Counted from the whole stretch's first letter, positions 1-13,533 are shown. The stretch: DNA of 63,984 nt, filler included, from Asterionella formosa (GCA_002256025.1; 5 parts of 5 records of this genome joined end to end with filler, not necessarily neighbours in it); one strand, 5' to 3'. Program-made: numbers and translations. The notes: generated by a model not told the origin, from the sequence alone.

Positions 1-736
1 CATAGCCTCTTTGTCACGAGCCTCAGGGAGCATTACAGCAAGCATTCCATTTGAAACTTCTTCCATGTACATATTTGATCCATCTGTGTAGGTAATATCA
101 ATTGTTTTCACATTTCCTCTTGGACCCTCCTTAGTGACCAACATGGTACTATCACCCTCAACTTTCATAAAAGTGGCTGCCATAGGAAGTGGCTTTGGCA
201 CTCCTTCATCCAAATATGTGGCATCCGACGAAAACACATTCATTGGAATGAGATTGTCTAGAGAGTGCACAGCACCATTGACCTTGATTGTATTACGTTT
301 CGAAATCTTTTGCATGGGTAAGGATACCCCCTTCATCATGTGGTGTTCAGTCATGAAATTATCCATCACCTCTGTGGAAGGAGCCTCAAATGTAGTCTCA
401 GTAACCATTGCTTTCATTTCCTTAGCACGGCCATTCAAGGCTCTTTCTCCTCCTTGTGCTGCATTCATTTCTGTCTCCCCTAAGGTAAGTGTCTCAGATT
501 CAGGCGAGGTTACATCGATGATAGTGGTAGCCTCCTCCTGAGAAAAGCTTCGTCCCCGCAGTTCGCCCTGCAGACAAGTCGGAAATGCAGCAAACAGAAG
601 GAAGGTTAAGTAGTGAAATGCAAAAGTCGGGAGAAAATACACAGATGCGTACATTTTTTCCTGCTTCGACATTGACGATTGACACCGAAGCCAAGAGGAC
701 AGAAAGAAGCAATGATTTCTTGCCGAAGTTTACCAT
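1..736 (-). CDS. Secreted protein, N-terminal part only (runs off window); exons 736-653 and 567-1, intron 568-652
   Basis: ATG at 736 and signal peptide MVNFGKKSLLLSVLLASVSIVNVEA. Phase-0 GTACGC...TGCAG intron of 85 nt. Exon 2 is open for 189 codons (GELRGRSFSQEEATT...ERALNGR...). Function not assignable. Confidence 0.75.
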
Positions 737-3599
737 GTTGGTCTAAGTGTCTGTTGAACTGTTGAATCAAAAGGGCTGCTTAATGAGGATTCAAATCTCT
801 CGTTTTCGTTTCTTGATTTTATGAGTTTTGGTGCGCTCAGTTGCTTCCGAGATGAAGCCATGACTTGACTCATATTGACAATGCTTGAGCAGCGGTATCT
901 GGTAGTGCGTAGCCTGTTCTTGTATACTTTGACGGTCTGCCGAATGATGAGTGATGCTTGAGTAATGTTTCAGTGATGATATACACTTTGTAACACTGAA
1001 TCAAGCTGATTGTCGATTGTAAATCACATGTACATAAATTATATGGTAGTCTAGCGTACCAGTATTGCATGTAAGATCGAATCATGCTTCTTCTTGAGTG
1101 AGTGATGATGAGTTGCATACCGGTATCAGTTTTACCGGACCGTTCGACATTTTTGTAGATGAGATATGAACAGGCTACGTACAATGAATTCTACAAACGA
1201 GCGTACCGCTGGACGGAATCCAGAATCTGTTCGTTTGCCATACTTGATGTCCACAATGCATGATGTGTGAAATCGTGCATGGATTTATACGGTTCACCCG
1301 GTATATATAATACACCCAGTGTTCCACCATTTGACTATTGGTAGCATTTTGACTTAGCATGATGTACCGGTAGTAGTATTACAATGTCATGCTATTTCGA
1401 GGTGGTGTTGGACATCATGACAATAAATAGCCATTCAGATGGAAAATTTTTAGCCTGCTAAGATTTAAGTGGCACCAAATAGTCCAAAAAGTACAAATTT
1501 ACTGTTTTTGATTTGCTAGGCAAATTAGGTCATCATGAATAACAGCTTGTATGAACAAGGACCAGCATTGTCATGTTTTGAGTTGTTGGAGAAAATCTAT
1601 GGTCACAATGAAGAAGAAGAATTCATACAGTCTGGAAGCAAACAAGCGAAAACTAATTTGGGGTAAGCTGACAGATTATGTAAACAATCAATTCTACTTG
1701 AGTTCAGCTTGTTTGTTTGACAAAGTATTGTCATGATGAATAATAATTAAAAAAGAAAAATTCAATTTGTATCCAGTGAGCATTCAATCGAAAAAATAGT
1801 TTTGTCAGTTTTTTGTTGACTCATTCGAAAAGTACTTACATAATGTTTGTTGTACATGATAATCTATCATAGTATGGAAAGCAAAAATCGATTTGGATCT
1901 GCAGAGAGTTGAACCAAATACAATAATAAGGTCTACATCGACTAGGTTGAAAACAACTTTGTTGTGTTCGATAATCAAATGTCATATCATGAAGGCTAAT
2001 AATTCATATTGAAAGTGAGACTCAGTTTGGGCCTGCTGAGAGTTCAACTCCATGAAACAATTCAATTTTTTATCGAATAACTTAGCTAGCTACATTCTTG
2101 CGAATTTGTTTTGAGCACAATTAAAGACTTGCCTGCAAGTAGGGGGTGTACAATGGGCTACAAAACATGCTATCCTTTTTGATTGGTAGGATAAAATTTT
2201 ATCAATGAAATTCATGAATTTTAAATCATGATATGGTGATTATCCACTGACAGCCAGATGGACTCGCGAAATGTAGTAATAGAATTTGAAATTACCCTGC
2301 GGTTGTCAGGATTTAACTAGTAGGTTCTGGGTAATTATGAGCTTAATGATTAGTGTGTCTATATTAGCTCCAAGTCCAAGAGCACTCACAAGGGTCTTGA
2401 TGAGAAGGGTATGTACTAGGTGTCAAGAGTCCATGCTAGATGTCATGTTTTAGCCTAGCATTGGTACGTCTATTCTAGAGATGCATCTGTACCAATAGTT
2501 ATCATGTAACATATAGCTGCAGGTACATAATGCAATATGTACTACGAGCTACATACTAGTAACCGTGTGTATAGCATCACGTACTTATCATGATCACTCT
2601 CGTGTACATGTATATGTAGTACTACGTATGGGTGCCATGGTAGTCATGTGCATAATGTTAAAGGGTACACCTTTCACTTATGGTTGACGTGGTTTACATA
2701 CACAGTGTGCATTGTGTAAATCTCTACAGTGAGAGTAAACAAGTATATGGTCTGTATAGAAGAGCCTATAAGGTTAACATTATATAGGACTTATACCATC
2801 TAGTGATATAGTATATCTAGCATGGTACATACTGTACCATAGCTAGGTCAGAAATGCATCAACTTGCTAAAACGAAAACTGCCAAAATAGCTGGTATGGA
2901 GTTGCTTGTTGACTCAAGAATGATAATAACATAAGATATTAACACATGTGGAGAGTGAAAATATATTTGGGTTTGCTGACAGATTCATTAAAAATCAAAT
3001 TCTAATTTAGTGGAGCAGTTTTGTTCGAAGAAGGGAAAGTTGGAATGATAAGCTGGCAAACATTAGACATAGCAGTACTGATTATAGCCAAGTTCTGTGG
3101 GAATGATGGAGAGAGGATTCCATAAAATAATTTAGTACATAGGCATACAACATAATGAGAAACAATAAATATCATAATAAACAATGGTTAAAGTACCGGT
3201 ACCAGTTATAAATGGCTTTGAGCCACGTAATTATATCGTTTTCCGACTAATTCAAGAACTACCGGTATGCTAAAATCGATCCCCTTGATCATCAGGTTGG
3301 GCTGGATAGCATTCCTTAGAACCCGGAAGTCGACCATTCGAGTACCAGATCATTCTACCTGCTATAGGTAGCCTACGCACCATTGGTACTGACGAAAGCG
3401 AGCGAGCGTTTGCCCAGCGGCTGCCATGATTGAGTCGTCTTTCAACCACCCTGACACAGATATCATCGTCCAAATCATCAACTACCGGAACTCTCCTTCG
3501 ACCTGCTCAACCGGTGTACCAGTATCTACATCAGTAGTGGACATCTTCCTTTCTTGTATCTGCGATCTATTCATATTACTAGAGTCTAGGGGAACCTCA

Positions 3600-4525
3600 A
3601 TGGACGCAGGAATTGAACACGGAGTCCTTGCATTCGAATTTGACAATATTCGATCTGACAACAACTACGACGAACAAACTGCCATGGTGCAATTTCGACG
3701 ATCCCACGTGAACCGTGGACGAATTGTCAAGATCGTGATGTTTTCCATGACGTTTGTACTCCTCATGGTTGGATTCCTTGCCATCAAGTCTGATCACTCT
3801 CAGGTCAAGGAGCAAGCCGTGCAAGCCCCAGCCATTTCGGATGAACCCCCACTCGAGGGGAATGGAGAACGTATTGTTGACCCTCCTGACGAGGGGAGCA
3901 GGACCTTTGAATTGGAGCTTGCCACGTTGGAAGGATTGGATGAATCGAAAGGGTCTGTCATCATTAAGACTATGCCAGCATGGGCGCCTCTTGGGGTGAA
4001 GCAGTTCCATGTACGTTGAAGCAAAGGGATAGGGGGTTCATTGTTCATTGTCCTTGTCGCTACACTAACACACAACGTGTTCCTCCATCCGTGAAAAAGG
4101 AACTGGTCGACAGCGGCTTTTACCAAAACTGTCGCTTCTTTCGGGTTGTTCCTAATTTTATGGTACAATTCGGTATTAGCGGAGACCCCTCGGTTCAAGC
4201 CAAATTCACGGGCAAGCCTATTTTGGACGACAAGGTGCTTACCACCAATGCGCGTGGGACTGTCACGTTTGCCACCTCGGGACCAAACACAAGAACGACG
4301 CAATTGTTTATTAATACGGCGACAAAGGGAAATGCCTTTTTAGATAAACAAGGATTTTCACCCTTTGCTCAAGTATTGGTGGGGATGGACATTGTGGACA
4401 AGATTTTTGATGGTTATCGAGAAAAACCAAATCAAGGAAAAATTGTCAATCAAGGGAATGAATATTTGGAAAAAGAATTTCCAAAGTTGAGTTGGATAAG
4501 CTCTGTTACGGAGATTATGCATTGA
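3600..4525 (+). CDS. Cyclophilin-type peptidyl-prolyl cis-trans isomerase with N-terminal TM anchor; exons 3600-4010 and 4100-4525
   Basis: Motifs WAPLGV..F.ELVDSGFY, FFRVVPNFMVQFG, NARGTVTFATSGPNTRTTQLFIN, FLDKQGFSPF. Phase-0 intron 4011-4099 (GTACGT, branch CACTAAC, AG) joins the two ORFs. Hydrophobic segment IVKIVMFSMTFVLLMVGFLAI. Confidence 0.92.
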
Positions 4526-5044
4526 TAGGAATTGTGACATCAATATGATACTTTTTGTGAAAGACACTGGGAGGGATAGGAGAAAGAAACAAATAACACT
4601 TGTACTCCGTATACACCAGGTTTCCATAGAAATACGAACGAACTATCTCAAATATATACATACACTTTCATTACTTTTTCAACAATGCAAATTTAAACTT
4701 TCCGTGTTACCTGCCCCAATATCAATTGTATTATTGTAGGTACTCAGCCTACAGCCGCTTCTATGTTGCTCCTGCTGACTCCTCTTTGCTCTGCCATGGC
4801 GATTTTTGCCCTATGCTCCAAACAACAGCCAGCAACACTCAAGACTCGACTAGAAAAAACAATTGGCGCTGGTCAAGCTTGGCCTGGTGCATATTTCAAG
4901 CATCACACCCTTACTCTCCCGTCTTCACATCCCCCATGTGACACTCCCTTTTCCCTCACCATCCCTCTTCCAAATACCTTGAATCTCCCTGAATACCCTG
5001 CAGTCTCTGGATTTCACCAAAAATCCTTTCACTTTCTCATGGCT

Positions 5045-5450
5045 TCCTACATTTTAACCTGGCCATCGCCTACCAGGCTTCTCATATCAAACTAACCAAA
5101 AGTCTCTACACAGCTTCCAATACATTTGTTCTGCCCTCCCAGGTCCTTCTAACTTGTTCTCTTATCTGGATACCCTAGAATTCCTTCCGCCCATTGCAAA
5201 GGATCTTATTTCAAAATTTTCCCAAAATGGCCATCCCATTTTACATTTCCTTCTATCCATCGATTAGCCTTACTTGCTGTCCCCCATGTCTTCTTGATGT
5301 TCTAACACAGGAGTGCTTTCACTTCTCATGACTAACATTTCATCCTGGCCACCGCCTGTCAGGCTTCTCATTTCCAATTATCCAAAATCGCGACACAGTT
5401 TCCGATATTTTGTTCTGCTTGTCCCAAGCCCCTTCTCTCCTGTTCTTATT
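5045..5450. repeat. Diverged ~120 bp direct duplication (about 5049-5165 vs 5335-5450) inside a pyrimidine-rich decayed region (4750-6010)
   Basis: Shared blocks cctggcca(t/c)cgcct..caggcttctcat, acacag.ttcc.ata and tttgttctgc. Confidence 0.55.
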
Positions 5451-6593
5451 AATGCCTTTATCAGGCTACCCCCATAATTAATTCTGGAAATTGCCCAGGA
5501 TTCTAATTTCACAGTTGTTCCAAGTGACCAAGAAGTTTAACATTGCACTCTACATCTTTATTGGCCTTGTTCTTCTCTGTTCTCTGTCTTCTTGATTGTT
5601 TGGAACATTCCAAAACCTTTTAAAAGTCCCGTACTGGGCTCCTCACACTCGCCCTCTATCTCTAGGGTTGTTTCTACCAAGACCCTTCACCCTTGCTCTC
5701 TAATCATGCATTCCTCAGCCTACACTCCTCATATTCGATTATTCCAATTCTTTGATTCTTACTTCAAAAAAACTCCCACTTGCTTTCCTTTTCTTGATTG
5801 CTGGCCTTCCACTCTGCTCTCCATTCCCTACACTGTTCTACACATGATTCCAAAACCCAAAGACGAGCCTCATAATGGGTGGGCGCCTTGCCCTTGCTCG
5901 CCATCTTTACAGTTGTTTTACCTCCAAACTGCAACCCCTAAGAGTCTCTCAATGGACTCTCCCTCACTTGTGATTTCTTTAAGGCAGCCCATTTGGGCCC
6001 CAGTGTGACTTCACAAACTCCATTAGATTTGAGTTTCGATAAAAGCGTACTATAAAATTTTCTTATTCAACTATATACACTTTCATTGTAGATAACACCA
6101 CAAACTTTTTTGAAAATGGGAATATACATGCCCGTAAATGACAAATGATGTCACTCACCCTAGCAATAGCTGCTGCAACAATTCAGATATTGTATTGCCC
6201 TCGTTCGAAGATAGCGAAATGTAATAAGGGAGTGACTAATGGCATGATGGGGAAATCGAGTACTGAGAATTGAGTTTCAATAACTTGATTCAATCTGCTG
6301 CTCATCATTATAAATCGAAAATCTTCAGTATTTTTATGATGAGATTTATAAGACTCTCTCGTCATGTGAACCAGAAATAGCACTCAATCGGGTATAGCTA
6401 CACAAAGCGACATGCATGCCCATCAATCACTTGATTAAAACTCCAAATATGAGCTCTCAATTTAGAGCAATTGCATTTTCCGATTCAGCGTTGCTGCAAA
6501 TGACATGGTATTATGTTGGAATCAGCCCTTGTCACAAAATTATCCTATCGCGTGCACTTCTATAATTACACTGCTCAATGAAGTCATTCTTTT

Positions 6594-8171
6594 CTACTTG
6601 GCTCGTCTGTTATTTGCTTCCTCCAACAGCCTCTGATATTCTTCAACCATCCAGCCTAAAAATAAATCTGCTTCTGGAACTGCATATTCTTCTGCCGTAA
6701 CAGACAAATGCATGTTGCCAGCATAGGATTGCACCGCAACACCAATGGGAATCCCCGGTGGTAAGGGCAAGAATCCAGCTACACCTTCAATGGGAACGCC
6801 CTGTATATGAAGCTTGTATGGAGCATTCTTTACATTTGTCACAGCCGCACAGGAGTTAGCATTGGCACGGCGAAAGACATGTTGGGTCCATGACGATGGC
6901 AAGATCCCTCCTAGAACATGTGCTGTCAGGTACGCCAGAAGGGCTGCTGGAGTTTGCTTGATCATGTACAAGGAATTATGCGTTTGTTTCAGTCGTTGCC
7001 CTGCCGAAATGGAACCGGTACCATCTTCGCCTGGAATGCGAGCCGCAAATGCGCCAATTCGATTGCCCAAGGATTGGCCTGGAAGTAACATGCCTCCTTG
7101 CAAGTGGACAGGAATGACAACGTTAATCGTGGCATGTTCGGTTCCACCAAATCCCAGTCTCCTTCGGTGGTCGTGCAATTGTCGTGACACAGCATAGGCT
7201 ACGCATGACACCCATATATCATTTATTGTGACTTTTTCACCAAAGGCAGCAGCGACCGTTTTAACTTCCTCCACGGTAGTGACCTCACACCAACTCAATG
7301 TCCGACCCGTCGACGGTGCGCTCAATTCTCGAACAATTTCAAAAGGATTTTTGGAAGTATTCCACAATAAATTGATCTGATATAGCCACGCTCGAATGGA
7401 CCCGGCCCAAAACCAAAGAACCTTTTGCAGCAACGCTTTTAACTTTTGTAACAGTGTCTTTGCCTTTCCCCTCCTTTTCTTGAGTTCCGCCTTTATTTGC
7501 AACTGCAAGTCCTCCCATTCATCACAAAGTTCCGTCACAGCAGAAATCAGACTAACTCCATCTGCCATGGCATGATGAGACCTAAAGAGAAGGAGTGTTT
7601 CGACAGCATTGGGGTTTGCTTGCTGCAATTGTGCCGTTCTCATTCTTGAAATGGCCCCACTCCGACCCAACGGTCCCGACATGACGTCAACTTGCCACAA
7701 CGATGATGCAAGGTCCATGGGGAGAGTAAGATACTTTGCTATTCGATATGCTAAATCTAGACGAGGAATAGCAGGAAAGCCGACTTCGTTCACGTGCGCT
7801 TCTACGCGCTTGTTGGTTGGGGTAAAGTGGGTCCCCTGCGTCACTGCTTGATGAAAGCGGGCATGGCGCTCTCCTATGCCCTTGGCTCTCCATAGGCTAC
7901 AAAAGTCCTCCTTGGTAAAAGGTTTGGCTCCCACAAGACTGATGAAAAAGGTCGGAATGGACGGATTCGCGGATGTTTCACTCTCCATTGAAAACCGACC
8001 AATGCTCGTCATGCGTGTCTTGATGTTGACAGCTCGTCGCGGTACTTCTTGTTCGCAGCCTGTCGTCGTCGCCACTAACCGGTTGGATCCCACCACCGCT
8101 GAGGCAGCGAGGATGCTAGGGAGAATGTGGTGAGCTCGACGGGCTGCCGTCGCGGCAAAGAAGGATGCCAT
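6594..8171 (-). CDS. Bifunctional wax ester synthase / diacylglycerol acyltransferase (WS/DGAT family)
   Basis: Catalytic HHxxxDG motif (RSHHAMADGVSL), VTINDIWVSCV, LGNRIG, C-terminal AVTNV and IGVAVQSYAGNMHLSV. First in-frame ATG at 8171; single exon. Confidence 0.9.
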   Translation of the reverse strand: MASFFAATAARRAHHILPSILAASAVVGSNRLVATTTGCEQEVPRRAVNIKTRMTSIGRFSMESETSANPSIPTFFISLVGAKPFTKEDFCSLWRAKGIGERHARFHQAVTQGTHFTPTNKRVEAHVNEVGFPAIPRLDLAYRIAKYLTLPMDLASSLWQVDVMSGPLGRSGAISRMRTAQLQQANPNAVETLLLFRSHHAMADGVSLISAVTELCDEWEDLQLQIKAELKKRRGKAKTLLQKLKALLQKVLWFWAGSIRAWLYQINLLWNTSKNPFEIVRELSAPSTGRTLSWCEVTTVEEVKTVAAAFGEKVTINDIWVSCVAYAVSRQLHDHRRRLGFGGTEHATINVVIPVHLQGGMLLPGQSLGNRIGAFAARIPGEDGTGSISAGQRLKQTHNSLYMIKQTPAALLAYLTAHVLGGILPSSWTQHVFRRANANSCAAVTNVKNAPYKLHIQGVPIEGVAGFLPLPPGIPIGVAVQSYAGNMHLSVTAEEYAVPEADLFLGWMVEEYQRLLEEANNRRAK

Positions 8172-9689
8172 GGAAGAGGACAACCGGTATTACTATACCA
8201 GGTACCTCGTACCATCGGTAAATGTATTTTATAATGCATCGTGTCTTGAAATCTTTGTCTTGTTCAAAGTCTAATAGGCTGTGATTCCATTCTTGAAAAG
8301 GATTCCTAATTCGAAAAATTCAGATTCCATTCCCCTTTCTTACAGACTGCTACATATGTAATCATGATGCTGACGAGCTAATCAAATGATACCTAACAAC
8401 TGATCAAAGTCACTTTTGAACAATCATGATTCACTGCATATCAAAGAACTTAGCAAAGGAGGTGACTGGAAAGGCTTTCAGAATGCAACAGAAAGGGGAA
8501 CCAAAATTTTGGCACCATTGTGACAAAGCAAGCACAATGCAACAGTATAGATCCCATAAGAAGTCGAATAATCCAACAACCACTCACATCCATTTGATGA
8601 AGAATTGGTACTTTAGTCATCAATGAGCAGGGTTTGTATACACCAGCCAGAGCAAGCTGGAAGATAGCAGGGATGTAAATAGTGGAATTACCATCGACGC
8701 TTTACAGAAAACCATCATTTTGTGCTTTCATGTAGCTCATCCTTGGCAGTCCATAGGGGACAATAGATATCAGTAATCCATTTCCCTTAAATAAACAGCA
8801 GTCCATTTTGGCAATTGATGCTATTGAAATTATTGAAGGTAGTTTGGCAGTCCGAAAACGGAGCATATGAAGTATGCAAAATATGTTCTATATGAAGGGT
8901 AATTGCAGGATTGAGTAATCCAAAAACTGTACATGTGAAATATACACTATATGTTTTATATGAGGGCAATTGGCTAGTTATCATCCAGCATACAAGGTAT
9001 CTAAAATGGTTTTTCAATGTTAATTGAAAGGGCAATGTAGTGGTGGTGCCAATAGCTAAGCTGTGAATTGCCTAGTTAAGACCCTACTTGGGAAGAGTCT
9101 GTCTCTACCCTCGGTAGTGTCTTACCTTCAGTGTGCTCTTGAGAATCACTCTGCTTATACCAGGTAGTATGTATGACTGTACAGTTATTGGAGATGCAGA
9201 CCGAGTTATTTTTATTGTTGTGAGGGAGAGGGATGTATCTAATCACATCACAGTCATTTGTATAATGCAGCTAATGGTTCGAGCCAACCTAGCTATACAG
9301 ATACTTTTACTACCTATCATCCACAGGACAATGACTCCTGGTTAATCAATCCAATAAGAAGTGGTTGCAACAAAGTCTGATACATGCTCTTGCTCGAAAG
9401 TCTATGTACATAATAGTGAATGGACATGTAATGGACTTGCATGATTGTGATGATCAATGTAACATATAGCATTCCTGCCTTTTTTGATTTTATTGTACAT
9501 CTTCTAATAAATATGTTGTATTGCCAGGAAGTTCTGCATCCCATCAATAATGAGCTACATTAAAACTTTTATGAAATGGTCTTGGTATATAATAGAGCAT
9601 CATGGAGTAGCCACCAAGGAGCATACACATGCAACGAGCCCTGCAGACCCAATTAGAAAAGTCTTTTTAAGTTTTTCTAATCACCTCTT

Positions 9690-9995
9690 CTAGCTAGGAG
9701 CCATAATCTCCAATAAATCTCCGCTAGTTTTCAATTCCAGTGCTTGAATTTCCATTGGTTTGTTTGTATAGGGTAACGGCTCAAAGACTCGAAGATGAAT
9801 GGAAGTGTCATCACCAACATTTATTTTGAAATGCCAAATGATACCTGCCACAGTTTGCCTTCGATAATGTGTGACGTTAAATATGGCAAAGGTCTTTTGA
9901 AGTCTTGCTTCTACTTGCTGTTGAAGTTCTGTCGTCACCTTGTCTTGAATTGCAGATTCCGCAACCATGATATCGGTGTGTCCTCCGGGAATCAT
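9690..9995 (-). CDS. Cystatin (stefin / type-1 cysteine protease inhibitor)
   Basis: N-terminal MIPGG, QxVxG motif (QTVAG), KINVGD..IHLRVFEPLP; 101 aa with no signal peptide. Confidence 0.9.
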   Translation of the reverse strand: MIPGGHTDIMVAESAIQDKVTTELQQQVEARLQKTFAIFNVTHYRRQTVAGIIWHFKINVGDDTSIHLRVFEPLPYTNKPMEIQALELKTSGDLLEIMAPS

Positions 9996-10823
9996 TCTAT
10001 AGCGATGTGTGACTTTGATAGAAAGGGGATAAGAGTGATGTACTTTACTCTGCAGCGGACAAGATTGCGGATACTGAGGAAAGAGGAGAATGAATGAATC
10101 ACAAAGCTTAGTGTTCTGTGAACAACGACGAAACACACTTAATTAAACAATGCCTACCGGTATTTTGAATAAAATCTAGACCTATTCCTATATCCTTCGT
10201 AGAAAATCTCTTTCATATCTATACCGGTATTATAATACCGGGTAATCACATTTTAGTACCGAGGAATAGAAAAGCACTTGTAAGAATTTTTCTATGGAGT
10301 AACTATTATAGCTACCGGTATACTTGTTCAAAACTGATAAAGCTTTTGATGATATCAGGATCATTAGCTGGCATCAGGCACAAGGGATCCACAACATAGT
10401 CAGCTATACCGGTATTCGATGTTGGTATACTACTTACCAGTATACCTATAGTACCCCATGAACACTTGGACCAACATTAGTACCAGTATCAGGGAATAAT
10501 GTAGGGGATCAAAGACACTGGCAAGGAAGAACTTTTCAATACAGATATTGTCATGATTTGCAAACAAGTAGTACCATAACATGATGTAGCCATAGCCCAA
10601 GTTCAATAGGTAGTTTGGTCAAATTGAAGCAATAGGTGTGCTGTACTTAAAGGAAAAAGATTGCAATACGCTGCCCAGTTCCTACAATGGTTGGACAGTA
10701 CATAGCACATGTGCAAGTAACAGGTATTTATGGATCATTTCAAAGAGGACTGATGGATAACGTATGTTGGTATATATATATGTGAAAGAATCATTCCTTC
10801 TCTACATTTCATTCCATTTAGAA

Positions 10824-12668
10824 TCACTCCGTGACATTCCCTTTGCCCTCCTCGTCTGCCCCGACTTCATCAAGAATTGCACAGCTCGTATCTTCATCGT
10901 CCATGGTTGTCAATGGCACATGATCATCTCGTTCACCCACCACAAATCCCGATTCCGTGTAGTCATCAAATTTCTTGCCCATGTATCTGGCATTCCAAAT
11001 CAAAAACGATGCAACCAAAATTCCCACCAACGATCCATTGGCCACTAACGTAGTTACCGAATCGGAAAACGAATTTGTCACAACTGATCCAAGTGCCTTG
11101 GCACTGCGGGCTCCAAAGATGTCAATCCACGATTTGGCCTTGTACCGGACTGAGGATGACGTGGGTTGGTACAATAATTCCTTGGTTGGATTGTTGAGGG
11201 CGTAAATAGAGGCCTTGAGCACCATCATGGCAGAAAAAGTCACATAAAGAGTAGGCTTTAGGCGGACCGACAGGATAAGTATCAAGCATAATGTTGGGAA
11301 TAGTAAGAGTGTCAAGCGCAATCCCAAATACCGAATAATGGCGGACGTTCCGAAAAGTGAAAATAGAAACGAGAGGGTATTTGTTGCTTGCCCAAAGAGT
11401 CCCATAAAGGATGTGAAGGAAGCGGTCGCATCTTGCGACATACCCATGTCGTCTGTGTTGAAACAGGACATTCCGATTTCACAGGGATGCAACGATGCAA
11501 AGTAATCTTTGGCCAAAAGTTTCATGGTGAAATCAATAATTGTCCCAATGATCATGAAGAGTGTTGACATGGCAAAGATTCCCTTCACGTAATTGTAATT
11601 CCAGAATAGTTCCAACCCTTCCAAAATTCCAGCCTTTGGTTTATGAGATTTTATCGTCGGCGTCACGCCATTTCGTTCTTCCGCTCCGTATGTGTAAATG
11701 TAAAAGTACATGGTACATTGAAGCAAAATCATGCATCCCGCCCCAAGTAAATAACAATAGGCAACACCAATTGTGGTTACATAATGATGAACAATCGTAG
11801 GGCCCAAGATGCTACCAAGTTGAGCAAAGGCCACCATGACACCAAACGATGCCTTGGCTGTCTCCAAGGAAACGTTAGAATTGCAAAATGACCAAAAGAG
11901 TGAAACCATGACCGATCCAAAGGATTCTGCCGAACAGTATGCCACCCATCCAAGAATTCTACTAGAGTGAGGTTGTTCATTGTTCAAACCAATCGTTGGA
12001 TGCATGAGTAACAATGAAATGATTGTAAATAAGGCACAATAAAATGTGCCGATGATATAAAACAGTTGATGTCGAGGTATATCACTGTCGAGTAATCGAT
12101 TGTACACACTCACCACTGCCAATACGACGAGGACGGACAGCATTTTGGCCTTTGGGATGGCAGTCACACCACAAAGGGAAGTGAGAATAGGATCTTTCAA
12201 ACTTCTAAAAATCCATATGCCTCCAATCATGAAAAACAGCGTCATGGCAAGTGTTAACGTGCGGAGCATTTCACAAAGTGGCAACCGATCACCATACAAT
12301 CGAGTGTAAATGGTTTGGAATGTGCGTGCAATGGCCCGGGTCGCACGATGGAGTGTCGATCCTCGGCGATCGGTGAGTGGAATGTCGAAATAGTCTTCCT
12401 TGTCGTTGTCGCTATCGTTACGGTCGAGAGTTGCATAGATATCGTCGGATTGGTCAGGATGCTTCTTCTTTCGGCCTCCTGCCTTGGACATTAGGGATTC
12501 CCTTACTCCGCCGTGGTGGACGTCGCTACTTCCAATCGCGGGTTCTAGTGCAGCCGATTGATTTGCCATGGAACCCCAGTTGGAGAGGGATCCATCTACG
12601 GATGATTCGAGCTGCAGAGCCTCAGGTGAGGACATGGGAAAGGGATCTCTGGAAGGATTGCTACTCAT
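10824..12668 (-). CDS. TLC/NTT family nucleotide (ADP/ATP-type) transporter
   Basis: Multi-TM protein with [39 protein letters not shown] and [19 protein letters not shown] motifs typical of the TLC family. Confidence 0.88.
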   Translation of the reverse strand: MSSNPSRDPFPMSSPEALQLESSVDGSLSNWGSMANQSAALEPAIGSSDVHHGGVRESLMSKAGGRKKKHPDQSDDIYATLDRNDSDNDKEDYFDIPLTDRRGSTLHRATRAIARTFQTIYTRLYGDRLPLCEMLRTLTLAMTLFFMIGGIWIFRSLKDPILTSLCGVTAIPKAKMLSVLVVLAVVSVYNRLLDSDIPRHQLFYIIGTFYCALFTIISLLLMHPTIGLNNEQPHSSRILGWVAYCSAESFGSVMVSLFWSFCNSNVSLETAKASFGVMVAFAQLGSILGPTIVHHYVTTIGVAYCYLLGAGCMILLQCTMYFYIYTYGAEERNGVTPTIKSHKPKAGILEGLELFWNYNYVKGIFAMSTLFMIIGTIIDFTMKLLAKDYFASLHPCEIGMSCFNTDDMGMSQDATASFTSFMGLFGQATNTLSFLFSLFGTSAIIRYLGLRLTLLLFPTLCLILILSVRLKPTLYVTFSAMMVLKASIYALNNPTKELLYQPTSSSVRYKAKSWIDIFGARSAKALGSVVTNSFSDSVTTLVANGSLVGILVASFLIWNARYMGKKFDDYTESGFVVGERDDHVPLTTMDDEDTSCAILDEVGADEEGKGNVTE

Positions 12669-13433
12669 TGTGTAGGTTTGAAAAAGTCCTGATATTGAAA
12701 CGGAAACTGTAACTGATACTTTGTTTCACTGTCGGCGCCTTTCAATTGCAACCTTTTGACTTTGTCTTATACCCAAACCTTCCTAAAGACTACGAAACCA
12801 GCCTTTTAAGCTGAATGTCGAGCAGTCAGGCGATGATCCGTGCCATAACATTCCTGTGTTTTGGAATCCGATATTCTTGACAGTTCAGACGTGTGTTATT
12901 TATGTTTACCTGGGGTACCGGTATTCGATCGCGATGATGACCGACCACACAGATCTATGACCATAAATACTATTTGAAAAACATGGCAGAGGATGCCTGC
13001 ATTTTGAAGGGTGTTTCAATTCATTTAGTCAGCTATTTATATTTGCACAAAGATTCATATCAATATTCTAACGCGTATACCAGTCATACATACCAAAAAT
13101 ACCAGTATGTAACATCGGAATTTAGTGTCAAGAATATTAGCCCGAGTCACAAGGATTGTGGACTCGATTGTAATCGAACGAGTCGAATATTGCATTGCCA
13201 CGTCAATCAGCTGTCTAACGAGATCAGAGATTGAAGATTTCTATGGAAATGTTAAGTGGAAACTCGAAGAGAGTCTTAGAATGACTTTGCAGGAAGCAAA
13301 GATGCATGGAAAGGAAACATTTAGTTTAGCTTATAATTTAATTTGAGATTTAGATTATCAACCGAGGAAACAGTGTGTTAATTGACAGGAAGGTCAATTA
13401 GTCTATCTAGCAGGAAGGCTAGAAGCAGAGACA

Positions 13434-13533
13434 NNNNNNNNNNNNNNNNNNNNNNNNNNNNNNNNNNNNNNNNNNNNTTAATTAATTAANNNNNNNNNNN
13501 NNNNNNNNNNNNNNNNNNNNNNNNNNNNNNNNN
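13434..13533. other. Assembly gap pad (44 N + TTAATTAATTAA + 44 N)
   Basis: Identical 100-nt construct at four sites; the linker gives stops in all six frames. Confidence 0.97.

Noticed and set aside
134..541. Plus-strand ORF here, and the many antisense ORFs over WS/DGAT, NTT, UPF2 and the Crypton
   Set aside because: Shadow ORFs of real opposite-strand coding sequence
13478..13489. TTAATTAATTAA recurring four times inside N-runs
   Set aside because: Scaffolding linker, not biological; adjacency across the gaps is also uncertain
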